Positions 54,762-62,919 of a DNA stretch of 64,000 nucleotides are shown here, one piece after another. Numbering within the stretch: position 1 is the first letter of the stretch; each line of letters begins with the position of its first letter. The DNA is from Candidatus Parcubacteria bacterium (GTDB taxonomy: Bacteria; Patescibacteriota; Minisyncoccia; Sungbacterales; SURF-37). The stretch covers positions 5,222 to 69,221 of the forward strand of contig QZJO01000001.1 of NCBI GenBank assembly GCA_003599755.1, given 5' to 3'. The notes beneath the pieces were generated by a model that was not told where the DNA came from, searched no databases, and saw only the letters and a program-made list of their open reading frames with translations. The position numbers and the translations under genes were made by a program.

Positions 54762-55217
54762 ATGGCAACGGCGGAGAAGCGGTCGCAGTCGCAAACCAAC
54801 GCATTACCGGCAGCGCCGGACGTCGGCGCCCTCGTGACTCGGCTGGAGGCACGCGCGCTGCACTTCTGGTTCACCCTCGCATACCGCGATCGGCCGGACG
54901 ATCCCTGGCACCTCGTGAAGATCGCCGAGCTCAGCGATGAGATGGTGGCGCATGCCACCATCGGCGAGTTCGCCGTCAATCCGACCGGCTGCCAGCCCGT
55001 CTGCAGCGGCCAGGCGCGGGTCGAATGGCATCCAACGACCGATTCCGAGCTGCGGATGTTCATCGCATTCTGGCGCGACGGCGTCAACGGCTTTCGCCGG
55101 TGGTTCATCCGCCTCATGCAGGAGCACCCGCGCCTCAGGGAAGAGGACCGCGTACGGATCACCGACGCGCTCGCCGCCATGTTGCGCACCCGGCGCGTCG
55201 GGCACGACAGCAACTGA
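54762..55217 (+). CDS. Hypothetical protein (no recognisable domain)
   Basis: 152-aa ORF from MATAEKRS. High-GC codon bias consistent with the host. The track ORF is extended to 54627. Confidence 0.35.
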   Translation: MATAEKRSQSQTNALPAAPDVGALVTRLEARALHFWFTLAYRDRPDDPWHLVKIAELSDEMVAHATIGEFAVNPTGCQPVCSGQARVEWHPTTDSELRMFIAFWRDGVNGFRRWFIRLMQEHPRLREEDRVRITDALAAMLRTRRVGHDSN

Positions 55218-55307
55218 ACCTGCGGCATCGCGCCGCACCTCGCCCCAGAAGGACCCATCCAGAGCCGGATGGGTCCTTTCGCTTTTGCGGCGGGGCTTCG
55301 ATCGCAG

Positions 55308-55339
55308 ACATTCTCACATTCTTGAGAATGTGAGAATGT
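55308..55339. promoter_or_regulatory. Perfect 15-2-15 AT-rich palindrome P4 (ACATTCTCACATTCT-TG-AGAATGTGAGAATGT) between convergent genes
   Basis: Read directly. Same core and TG spacer as P1. Confidence 0.45.
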
Positions 55340-55366
55340 AGATCATCCCGGAAGACGGGAAGGTAG

Positions 55367-56458
55367 TTAGATTTTGAATTCGATCACGTCGCCGTCCTGG
55401 ACCACGTATTCCTTGCCTTCGGTGCGGACCCAGCCGAGTTCGCGCGCCCGCGCGAACGAGCCGGCCTCAATGAGTTTCGCATACGCCGCGACTTCGGCGC
55501 GGATGAATTTTTGTTCGAAATCGGAATGGATCGCCCGGCCGGCGCGGGGCGCGGTCGATCTGAGGGGAATGGTCCAGGCGCGGGTCTCATCCTCGCCCGT
55601 GGTCAGAAACGTCATGAGGCCGAGCGTCTGGTAGCCGAGTTTGATGAGGCGGTCGAGGCCGGATTCCGAAAGCCCGAGGGATGCCAAATATTCTCTGCGT
55701 TCTTCGGGCGCGAGAGAATTTGCCTCATCCTCCATTTTTGCCGAAAGCACGATCCACGGATCGCCGGCCATGGCCGCCAAGAGCTCGGGTGACGGCTGCC
55801 AGTTTTTCTGAATTTGTTCTTCGGATGCATTGCAGATAAAAATACGCTGCTTCGCGGTCAAAAGGCCGAGCTCGCCGAGCAGGTGTTGGACTTCTTCGCG
55901 ATCGTCCTTGCCGAGGACGGCGCTTGCGCGCTTGCCGTCTTTCAGCCCTTGTTGGAGTTTTCCAAGCACTTCCTTTTGAATGACTGCGGTTTTGTCGCCG
56001 CCGCGCGCCAGGCGGATCGTGGATTCGAGCCGGCGTTCGACTGAATCCAGGTCCTTGAAGATCAGTTCCAAATCAATGATGCCGATGTCAGCCGCGGGAT
56101 CCACGCGGTTTTCGACGTGGATAATGTTCGGATCCTCGAACACGCGCACGACCTGGGCGATGGCATCCACGTCGCGGATGTGCGAGAGGAATTTGTTGCC
56201 CAGACCCTGGCCTTCGGCGGCACCCTTTACGAGGCCGGCGATGTCCACGAATTCGACGATCGCGTGGATGATTTTTTTGGAATGCGAAAGCTCGGCCAGG
56301 CGCTCGACGCGCTCGTCCGGCACTTCCACCACGCCGACGTTGGGCTCGATGGTGACGAAGGGATAATTTTCCGCCGGCACCTGCTTTTTAGTCAGGGCAC
56401 GGAACAGGGTCGATTTGCCGACGTTGGGTAGACCGACGATGCCGATCTTCAAACTCAT
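55367..56458 (-). CDS. ychF: Ribosome-binding ATPase YchF (Obg-family GTPase/ATPase)
   Basis: 'IGIVGLPNVGKSTLFRALT', 'NYPFVTIEPNVG', TGS C-terminal domain. Confidence 0.9.
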   Translation of the reverse strand: MSLKIGIVGLPNVGKSTLFRALTKKQVPAENYPFVTIEPNVGVVEVPDERVERLAELSHSKKIIHAIVEFVDIAGLVKGAAEGQGLGNKFLSHIRDVDAIAQVVRVFEDPNIIHVENRVDPAADIGIIDLELIFKDLDSVERRLESTIRLARGGDKTAVIQKEVLGKLQQGLKDGKRASAVLGKDDREEVQHLLGELGLLTAKQRIFICNASEEQIQKNWQPSPELLAAMAGDPWIVLSAKMEDEANSLAPEERREYLASLGLSESGLDRLIKLGYQTLGLMTFLTTGEDETRAWTIPLRSTAPRAGRAIHSDFEQKFIRAEVAAYAKLIEAGSFARARELGWVRTEGKEYVVQDGDVIEFKI

Positions 56459-56574
56459 CCCGTTTAGAGATAGGACGCGGACGATAAGGATACCGCGCCG
56501 TATTGATTATGGGAAAAACTATCCGAAATATGGTCCTGCATAGATTTATTATCGCGTCCGCGATCTCTAACGGG
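56459..56574 (-). repeat. Copy of the CCCGTTAGAG / CTCTAA(A)CGGG inverted-repeat element. On the minus strand its 3' arm abuts the ychF ATG.
   Basis: Plus strand CCCGTTTAGAGATAGGACGCGGACG ... CGTCCGCGATCTCTAACGGG. The ychF start codon complement is at 56456-56458. Confidence 0.5.
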
Positions 56575-56599
56575 ACTCATCCCGATTATCCTAGCCGAA

Positions 56600-56646
56600 C
56601 GCTTCATTAAATGAAAATACCCGGGAGGATCGGCTGTGATCCTCCC
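56600..56646 (-). terminator. Rho-independent terminator for purD (minus strand)
   Basis: CCCGGGAGGATC-GGCTGT-GATCCTCCCGGG 12-bp stem, followed on the minus strand by TATTTTCATTT. Confidence 0.5.
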
Positions 56647-56718
56647 GGGATGCGGCATCGAGGACGCCTCAAGTCCTCGACTGCTCGCTATGCGGACCGA
56701 AAGAACCGGGTGATGCGT

Positions 56719-58011
56719 CTAGCGGTCGGAGCGCAGCGGAATGCCGATGTCGTAGCGCCACTCGCGGCCGCGGAACTGCACCTCGTTGGCGGCGTTGTGG
56801 GCCACGATGTTCGCCTCGTGCGCGGTCCTGCGCTTGGCGACCAGGTTCAGGACGCGGCCGCGGGCCGTGACGAGGCGTCCCCGCTGGCGCGCGGTGCCCG
56901 CATGGAACACCTTGAAGTCTGGAATGTCCCGTAGCCGCTCCAGACCGAAGATCGGATTGCCGAGGGGCAGTCGCTCGGTCTCGGCGTAGCCCTTGACCAC
57001 CAGGGTAATGCAGACCGCAGGGCGCGGATCCCAGAGGAGAGCCGGCGGCTCCTCGTCGCGGAGGATTGCCGCCATGAACGGTACGATGTCGCTCCGGAGC
57101 CGCATGAGCATGGCTTGCGTCTCGGAGTCGCCGGTGCGGCAGTTGATTTCGAGCACGAAGACCTTGCCGTCGCTCTTCCGGCGGGTGAGACCGAAGAACA
57201 TCGTGCCCGTGTAGGCGATCTTCTCCTCGGCCAGCGCCGCGACCGTCGGCTTGGCGATGGTCTCGAAGATCTCGCGCTCCAGGCGCGCATCGAGAAACTG
57301 GGCGGGCGAGTCCGAACCCATGCTGCCGGTGTTGGGCCCGATGTCGCCGCTGTAGCGGCGCTTGTAGTCCCGGGCGTTGCCGAACGGCCACAGGCGGCCG
57401 TTCCGTACCGCATAGAACATGGAAAGTTCATGGCCGTCGATGAACTCGACATCGAGCATCGGCCCCTGGGGAAGCCAGCGCTCGGCGTGCGCGAGCGCAT
57501 CCGCGGGCGCGGTGACGATCCCCACGCCCTTGCCGGCTGCCGGACCGTCGGCCGCGAGAACCATGGGCGCGGGCCAGTCATGGCGCATGATGCGCCGGCG
57601 GACGGACTCCATGTCCCCGCAGGGAGCGTAGCGCGGCGTCGGGATGTTGTGGCGGATGAGGAGGTCCTTGCAAAAGGACTTGCTCTTCTCGATCACTGTG
57701 CCCTCGATGCGGGGGCCGAAGACCGGGATGCCGCGCGATTCGAGCTCATCGGCAAGACCGGCGTACAGCGGCGCCTCGGGTCCCACGACCGCGAAGTGCA
57801 CGCGATTGGTCTGGCACCAGTCGCCGATGGCCGTCGGTTTCTGGTTCGGGAGCTCGACGTTGCGGACTTTGGGCTCTTCGGCCGTGCCGGGATTGCCGGG
57901 AAAGACCGCGACGTCGGCCACGAGCGGCGACTGCGCGATCTTCCAGACGAGCGCATGCGTGCGGCCGTCGTTCCCGATGACCGCGATGCGGAGATCCTTG
58001 TCCGGGATCAT
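56719..58011 (-). CDS. purD: Phosphoribosylamine-glycine ligase (GAR synthetase)
   Basis: 'RIAVIGNDGRTHALVWKIAQSPLV', 'VVGPEAPL', 'GPNTGSMG', ATP-grasp. The start is set at MIPDKDLR; the track ORF is over-extended to 58296. Confidence 0.85.
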   Translation of the reverse strand: MIPDKDLRIAVIGNDGRTHALVWKIAQSPLVADVAVFPGNPGTAEEPKVRNVELPNQKPTAIGDWCQTNRVHFAVVGPEAPLYAGLADELESRGIPVFGPRIEGTVIEKSKSFCKDLLIRHNIPTPRYAPCGDMESVRRRIMRHDWPAPMVLAADGPAAGKGVGIVTAPADALAHAERWLPQGPMLDVEFIDGHELSMFYAVRNGRLWPFGNARDYKRRYSGDIGPNTGSMGSDSPAQFLDARLEREIFETIAKPTVAALAEEKIAYTGTMFFGLTRRKSDGKVFVLEINCRTGDSETQAMLMRLRSDIVPFMAAILRDEEPPALLWDPRPAVCITLVVKGYAETERLPLGNPIFGLERLRDIPDFKVFHAGTARQRGRLVTARGRVLNLVAKRRTAHEANIVAHNAANEVQFRGREWRYDIGIPLRSDR

Positions 58012-58123
58012 GTGTGATGCTCCTCCTTCGTGTGAGTGTGCTGCCGCTCCGAGCGTAGCAAGGCGTATACGATATGAAAAGGGAAGCGCGTGCCATTTAT
58101 TGCCGGGCGTAGGTACTATCGGT

Positions 58124-58927
58124 ATGCTGAATGCACGCAATCGCTTTATGCATATGAAATTGAAGCCGGCGTTCAAGGACAAAAAACTTGTTGTGTTTGA
58201 TCTCGACGGGACGCTGACGCCCTCAAAAGCGCCGATTCGGCGGGATATGGTCCAGGCGCTGGGGCGTCTGCTGCAAGAAAAGAAGGTCGCCGTCATCGGC
58301 GGCGGAAAGTATGATCAGTTTTTGCGTCAATTCGTCGGGAAGGCGAAATTCTCCAACGATCTTTTGCCGCAACTGCACTTGTTCCCGACGTCCGCCTCCG
58401 CCTACTATCGTTGGCGAAAGGGGTGGGAAAGGATCTATGCGCACGAGTTACCAGTTGCCACCAAAAAGGCGATTATGTCGGCGTTCGCGGAGGTCTTTAA
58501 AGGGCAGCGGTATAAACATCCGAAAAAGATATATGGTCCTCTGATCGAAGACCGAGGAACGCAGATTTCATTCTCGGCTGTCGGGCAGAAGGCGCCGCTT
58601 CCCGTAAAAACGCGCTGGAATAAAAACAATAACCGTCTGCGGGCGCGGTTTACCAAAATCCTCGAGAAGAAGCTGCCGGGCCTGAGCGTACGCATGGGCG
58701 GGTTGACCACGATCGATATCACCCGAAAGGGCATCGACAAGGCCTACGGCATCCGTCAGATTACGAAGGCCCTCGGCATTAGCCGGCGCGACATGCTGTT
58801 CGTGGGCGACGCCATTTACCCGGGCGGTAATGATTACGCGGTCGTTCGCGCGGGCGTCGATTACGTAAAAGTAGCCGGGCCGGATGATACAAAAAAAGTC
58901 ATTCGGTTCTTGCTGGGAAAGAGCTGA
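58124..58927 (+). CDS. HAD-superfamily hydrolase, phosphomannomutase/Cof-like (HAD-IIB)
   Basis: 'LVVFDLDGTLT' motif I, 'FVGDAIYPGGNDY' motif IV. The start is ambiguous (58124, 58148 or 58154). The track ORF from 57644 is an antisense-extension artefact. Confidence 0.7.
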   Translation: MLNARNRFMHMKLKPAFKDKKLVVFDLDGTLTPSKAPIRRDMVQALGRLLQEKKVAVIGGGKYDQFLRQFVGKAKFSNDLLPQLHLFPTSASAYYRWRKGWERIYAHELPVATKKAIMSAFAEVFKGQRYKHPKKIYGPLIEDRGTQISFSAVGQKAPLPVKTRWNKNNNRLRARFTKILEKKLPGLSVRMGGLTTIDITRKGIDKAYGIRQITKALGISRRDMLFVGDAIYPGGNDYAVVRAGVDYVKVAGPDDTKKVIRFLLGKS

Positions 58928-58949
58928 CAGCCGTCGTACGATAATTTTT

Positions 58950-59993
58950 ATGAGCACAGAACTGGTCGCCATACTGATAATCATGATCGCGGGCTTTATC
59001 GGCCTTTTTTTCACGTTGCGCCGCCGAGGATCCAATGAAGGCGGGCAGTCGCTTTTGATGCTCCAAAACCAGCTCGATGAAATGCGGCGCACTATGGACG
59101 CCAAACTCGGCGAATCCACGCGCCTTCTGCAGACGCAATTTGGCGAAAGCGCCCGGATCGTGCGCGACGTGACCGAACGGCTGACGAAATTGGACGAGAC
59201 GAACCGCCAGGTCGTCGGCTTTGCCGACCAGCTCAAGAACCTCCAGGATATTCTCAAAAATCCGAAGCAGCGCGGCGTTCTCGGCGAGTATTATCTCGAA
59301 ACGCTTCTGAAGAACGTGCTGCCTCCGGGAAGCTACCAGATGCAGTATCCATTTGGAAACGGGGAGATCGTTGATGCGGCCGTGTTCGTGAAAGACAAAG
59401 TCATCCCGGTCGATTCGAAGTTCTCGCTCGAGAACTACAATCGCCTCGCCGAGGCGCGCGACCCTTCGGAACGAGACCGCTTGGAAAAGCTCTTCGTGAA
59501 TGACCTAAAGCTTCGCATCATCGAAACTGCAAAGTACATCCGTCCGGCGGAAAACACCACCGATTTCGCGTTCATGTTCATTCCGCACGAGGCGATCTAC
59601 TACGATCTCTTGGTCAATAAAGTAGGCGCCGTGACCGAGGATACGGAAAACCTCATCCAGCGCGCGGCGGGCAAGTATAAAGTCATCATCGTTTCGCCCA
59701 CGTCGTTTCTAGCGTATCTGCAGACCGTGCTCCAGGGCTTGAAGGCCTTGCAGATCGAAGAACAGGCGCAAGAGATCATCAAGCGCGTAGAAGACCTTGG
59801 CAAACACGTCGGTAAGTACGAAGAATTCATGCGTAAGCTCGGCGTCCAGATGGGTACGGCGGTGAATACGTATAACATTGCCTACAAAGAGCTCGGTAAG
59901 GTGGACAAGGACGTGCTGCGCATTACGGGAAAGTCGGCCGAGATCGAGCCGATGCTCGTTACGAAGCCCGATAGCGGCGATAGCTCCGAATAA
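58950..59993 (+). CDS. rmuC: DNA recombination protein RmuC
   Basis: N-terminal TM, long coiled coil, RmuC C-terminal nuclease-like domain ('FAFMFIPHEAIYYDL'). Confidence 0.8.
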   Translation: MSTELVAILIIMIAGFIGLFFTLRRRGSNEGGQSLLMLQNQLDEMRRTMDAKLGESTRLLQTQFGESARIVRDVTERLTKLDETNRQVVGFADQLKNLQDILKNPKQRGVLGEYYLETLLKNVLPPGSYQMQYPFGNGEIVDAAVFVKDKVIPVDSKFSLENYNRLAEARDPSERDRLEKLFVNDLKLRIIETAKYIRPAENTTDFAFMFIPHEAIYYDLLVNKVGAVTEDTENLIQRAAGKYKVIIVSPTSFLAYLQTVLQGLKALQIEEQAQEIIKRVEDLGKHVGKYEEFMRKLGVQMGTAVNTYNIAYKELGKVDKDVLRITGKSAEIEPMLVTKPDSGDSSE

Positions 59994-60066
59994 ATTGACA
60001 TATATTGAACTCTGTTGTACGAGTAGTAAACGCGTACCAGAGCAGCACCAAAAAAAGGAGGCCGTG

Positions 60067-60681
60067 ATGGCCAAAAAACGAGTGACCGCCCAGCGGCGTG
60101 CGGGGCAGACGGTGATCTTCACGCGCAATGGCCACGAGCGGTCGGGGTCGTACGCCCGGATCGCGGCCGTGCAGCCGCGCAAGATCTGGAAGCGCTCCAC
60201 GCAGCCGGAGTACGCGATCGTCGTCGGCGGCGAGCAGTTCGTCGCGGTCGAATCCGAGCTCGCGCCGATGACGGATACCGCGCGCGGCGATATGGCGGTG
60301 GATCTTTCGGCCGAGCGACTCATGCGCAACGCCGCGGTCCAGGCCGCCGTGGCGGCTGCCAAGAGGCCGGGAGCCGTTGAGGTCGCGCCGGACGTGATCG
60401 TGCTGCGGGATCTTCCCGGGCGTGAAGAGCGTGACCTGGGGCTCGTGGCCGAGGTGCTCCGCGCGGAGCAGCCAACCCTGCCGATCATGATCCCGATCTT
60501 GCCGATGGCATCTCCGGCCGACGGTGAGATGGGTGAACCGAGGCCGGCGCTGCACAGCGCCAAGATCCTGGACTTTGACGCGGCGCGCAAGAAGGCCGCG
60601 GAGCAGCAGGACAAGCCCTGGCCGTCCGGCCCGATCTCGGCCTACATCTACAGCTTGCCGCTCCGGCCGCGTCCGAAGTAG
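60067..60681 (+). CDS. Hypothetical protein (Ala/Arg-rich, no recognisable domain) with strong Shine-Dalgarno
   Basis: 204-aa ORF. AAAGGAGG 5 nt upstream of the ATG. TTGACA hexamer at about 59995. Confidence 0.4.
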   Translation: MAKKRVTAQRRAGQTVIFTRNGHERSGSYARIAAVQPRKIWKRSTQPEYAIVVGGEQFVAVESELAPMTDTARGDMAVDLSAERLMRNAAVQAAVAAAKRPGAVEVAPDVIVLRDLPGREERDLGLVAEVLRAEQPTLPIMIPILPMASPADGEMGEPRPALHSAKILDFDAARKKAAEQQDKPWPSGPISAYIYSLPLRPRPK

Positions 60682-60781
60682 CGCGAAGAAGAGCGGGGTC
60701 CCGGCGTCGGGACCCCGTACTCATTTAAATGGCCGGAACGCTTGCCGGGAAATAGGTTTTCTGGTAGATTCGCAAGGTATG

Positions 60782-60877
60782 TCCTGTTAGAGATTTGCCG
60801 TGTTAGCGCAAATAGCTGGCGGAGACAGCGGGTATATCGAACGAGTTATCATTCTTCTAGATTGGATTTCTAACGGG
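60782..60877. repeat. Copy of the CCTGTTAGAGAT / ATTTCTAACGGG inverted-repeat element, 3' arm abutting the rplU ATG
   Basis: Arms at 60782-60793 and 60866-60877. ATG at 60880. Confidence 0.5.
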
Positions 60878-60879
60878 AT

Positions 60880-61194
60880 ATGTTTGCAGTTATCGAGACC
60901 GGGGGCAAGCAATATAGGGTTCAGCCCGGACAACGGCTCAGAATCGAAAAACTCGAGGCGGACCCGAACACGGCGGTGAAATTCGACCGCGTATTGCTCG
61001 TGGCTGACGGCGATGAGATCAATGTCGGCGCGCCGTTGGTACAAAATGCGGTAGTGGAGGCAAACGTCCTCGGCCAGGGTCGCGACAAGAAGAAAATTGT
61101 TTTCAAATATCATCGCAAGACCCGTTATCGGAAATTCAAAGGCCATCGCCAACCGTTTACCGAAGTCGAGATCAGATCTATCTCCCTGAAATAA
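60880..61194 (+). CDS. rplU: 50S ribosomal protein L21
   Basis: 'MFAVIETGGKQYRVQPGQ', 104 aa. Confidence 0.9.
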   Translation: MFAVIETGGKQYRVQPGQRLRIEKLEADPNTAVKFDRVLLVADGDEINVGAPLVQNAVVEANVLGQGRDKKKIVFKYHRKTRYRKFKGHRQPFTEVEIRSISLK

Positions 61195-61198
61195 GATG

Positions 61199-61232
61199 AC
61201 GGCGTCTGCCCTGGGCAGGCGCCGTTTTCGAT
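61199..61232 (+). terminator. Rho-independent terminator after rplU
   Basis: GGCGTCTGCC-CTGG-GCAGGCGCCGTTTTCG. Confidence 0.5.
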
Positions 61233-61591
61233 GCGGCTCAGCACTCGGCCGACGGATGGTGGCCGTTGACCGCTCCCAGGGATGCCGCCTCCTGATCCAG
61301 GCGATCTGCGGTTCGCCGAAGCTCCGCGGCTACTTCCCGAAGGAATGCGACCGGATTCTGATCTCCGATCCGGATGGCGGCATGGACTCGGCTGATGGCA
61401 CTGCCGTGAGAGCGCATGAAATCCCCGTATGCGCCGCTGCGCTGCACGTTGTTGGCATCGCCCGCCATACGTCCCCCTTGCCGCGTGTGGCGCGGCCGTC
61501 GTCGAAACCAAGACCGGCGTCACCATGACGCCGTCTACTCTGAAAAGCTTGCTGCTTCCATCGTCGCCGAGTTGCGTTCAAGAATCAAGCG

Positions 61592-62230
61592 CTACTTCCG
61601 ATTCTTCAATGCGTTGGCGATAGTCATGTCGTCCGCGTATTCCAATTCCGCGCCCGTGCCGAGGCCGCGGCCGAGGCGCGACAGCGTGAAGGCGGGAAAT
61701 TGATTTTTGAGCGGCAAAAATACGCGATCCATATAGAGCGCGGTCGCATCGCCCTCGGTCGTGGGATTGGTGCCGAGGATCAGTTCCACCCCCGGTCCAT
61801 TCTCCGCTTGTTTCAAGAGTTCTTGCACGCGGGCAAACAGCTCTCGGAGATGCAGTCGCGCGGGCGCGGTCGAATCGAGCGGGTTAATGGTGCCGCCAAG
61901 CACATGGTACAGCCCCGAAAAGTTGCCGGTGCGCTCGATATTTTCCATATCCACTTCTTTTTCCACGACCAGGATCTGGCGCGCGTTGCGGCTCGGATTG
62001 CGGCAAATTTCACAGCGCGATTCGGTTCCCGCGGGCGGCGCGAACGTGCGGTAGCAGACGCTGCAGAGCTTGATCGCCGCGTGCAGGCCGGCGATCGAGC
62101 GCGCGAGCGCCGCGGCCGACGCCGGCTCCTCGCGCAACAGATAAAACGCGAACCGCGCGGCTTGGCGCGGCCCTACGCCCGGGAATTTCCGGAAGTGCTC
62201 GATGAGGTCCTGGATGGGTTTGGGGAACAT
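61592..62230 (-). CDS. recR: Recombination protein RecR
   Basis: HhH N-terminus, C4 zinc finger 'CSVCYRTF...CEICRN', Toprim domain. Confidence 0.9.
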   Translation of the reverse strand: MFPKPIQDLIEHFRKFPGVGPRQAARFAFYLLREEPASAAALARSIAGLHAAIKLCSVCYRTFAPPAGTESRCEICRNPSRNARQILVVEKEVDMENIERTGNFSGLYHVLGGTINPLDSTAPARLHLRELFARVQELLKQAENGPGVELILGTNPTTEGDATALYMDRVFLPLKNQFPAFTLSRLGRGLGTGAELEYADDMTIANALKNRK

Positions 62231-62231
62231 G

Positions 62232-62915
62232 TCAGGATTTCCTGAAAATAGCCGTGATCATCTCGATGCTGGCTGTCTTGGATCCGAAGCGGTCTTTCTT
62301 TTCGCGAATCGCCAAGAAATAGGGCTGCAGCGGCTGCCAGAATGACACAAGCTCGGGAATATTCCAAATCCGTTCGACCAATCCGTTTTGCATGGAGACA
62401 AACCGTTTACCGCGCCGGAAGGATTGCGCGTCCCGGTAATAGGGTTTTTGCTTGAGATACGCGTTGCGGTCGGATACATGGTAGCCGATAAGCCACCCGC
62501 CGGGTTTGAGTACCCGGATGATTTCCCGTTTCGTTTTGTTCAGCTCGGCGTCGCTGAGCGAAATAGTAGTCGTGATATCGAGCGCTGCGCCGAAGGCGCG
62601 ATCCTTGAACGGCAGACGATGGGGTAGCGCATGCTCGAATACATGAATGCGCTGATCGCTGCGGGCCGCGATTTTGAGCGATGCGAGAATGCCGGGAATA
62701 AAATCAAATCCCCAGATGACATGGCCTTTCTCGGCAAAATGGAACAAATGGCGGCCATTGCCGCAGCCCATATCCAGCAAAGGACCCGGGACGCGGAACC
62801 CGTTTTCCGCGATGTATCGTTCGAATGTCTCTACTGCGCTTGATGGACGGGTCCGTTTAACGGTCGGAATGAGGACGCCGCGTTCGTATTCTCGTTGCCA
62901 TGCGTCGCGCTGCAT
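62232..62915 (-). CDS. Class I SAM-dependent methyltransferase
   Basis: 'LLDMGCGNGRHLFHFAEKGHVIWGFDF' motif I, 'VLKPGGWLI'. The start is set at MQRDAWQ; the track ORF is extended into dnaB. Confidence 0.65.
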   Translation of the reverse strand: MQRDAWQREYERGVLIPTVKRTRPSSAVETFERYIAENGFRVPGPLLDMGCGNGRHLFHFAEKGHVIWGFDFIPGILASLKIAARSDQRIHVFEHALPHRLPFKDRAFGAALDITTTISLSDAELNKTKREIIRVLKPGGWLIGYHVSDRNAYLKQKPYYRDAQSFRRGKRFVSMQNGLVERIWNIPELVSFWQPLQPYFLAIREKKDRFGSKTASIEMITAIFRKS

Positions 62916-62919
62916 GACG

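Noticed and set aside
56669-58017. Plus- and minus-strand long ORFs (240 aa, 300 aa) overlapping purD
   Set aside because: purD on the minus strand has clear GARS motifs. The others are GC-driven shadows. The 57644 start of the HAD gene ORF is likewise an over-extension.
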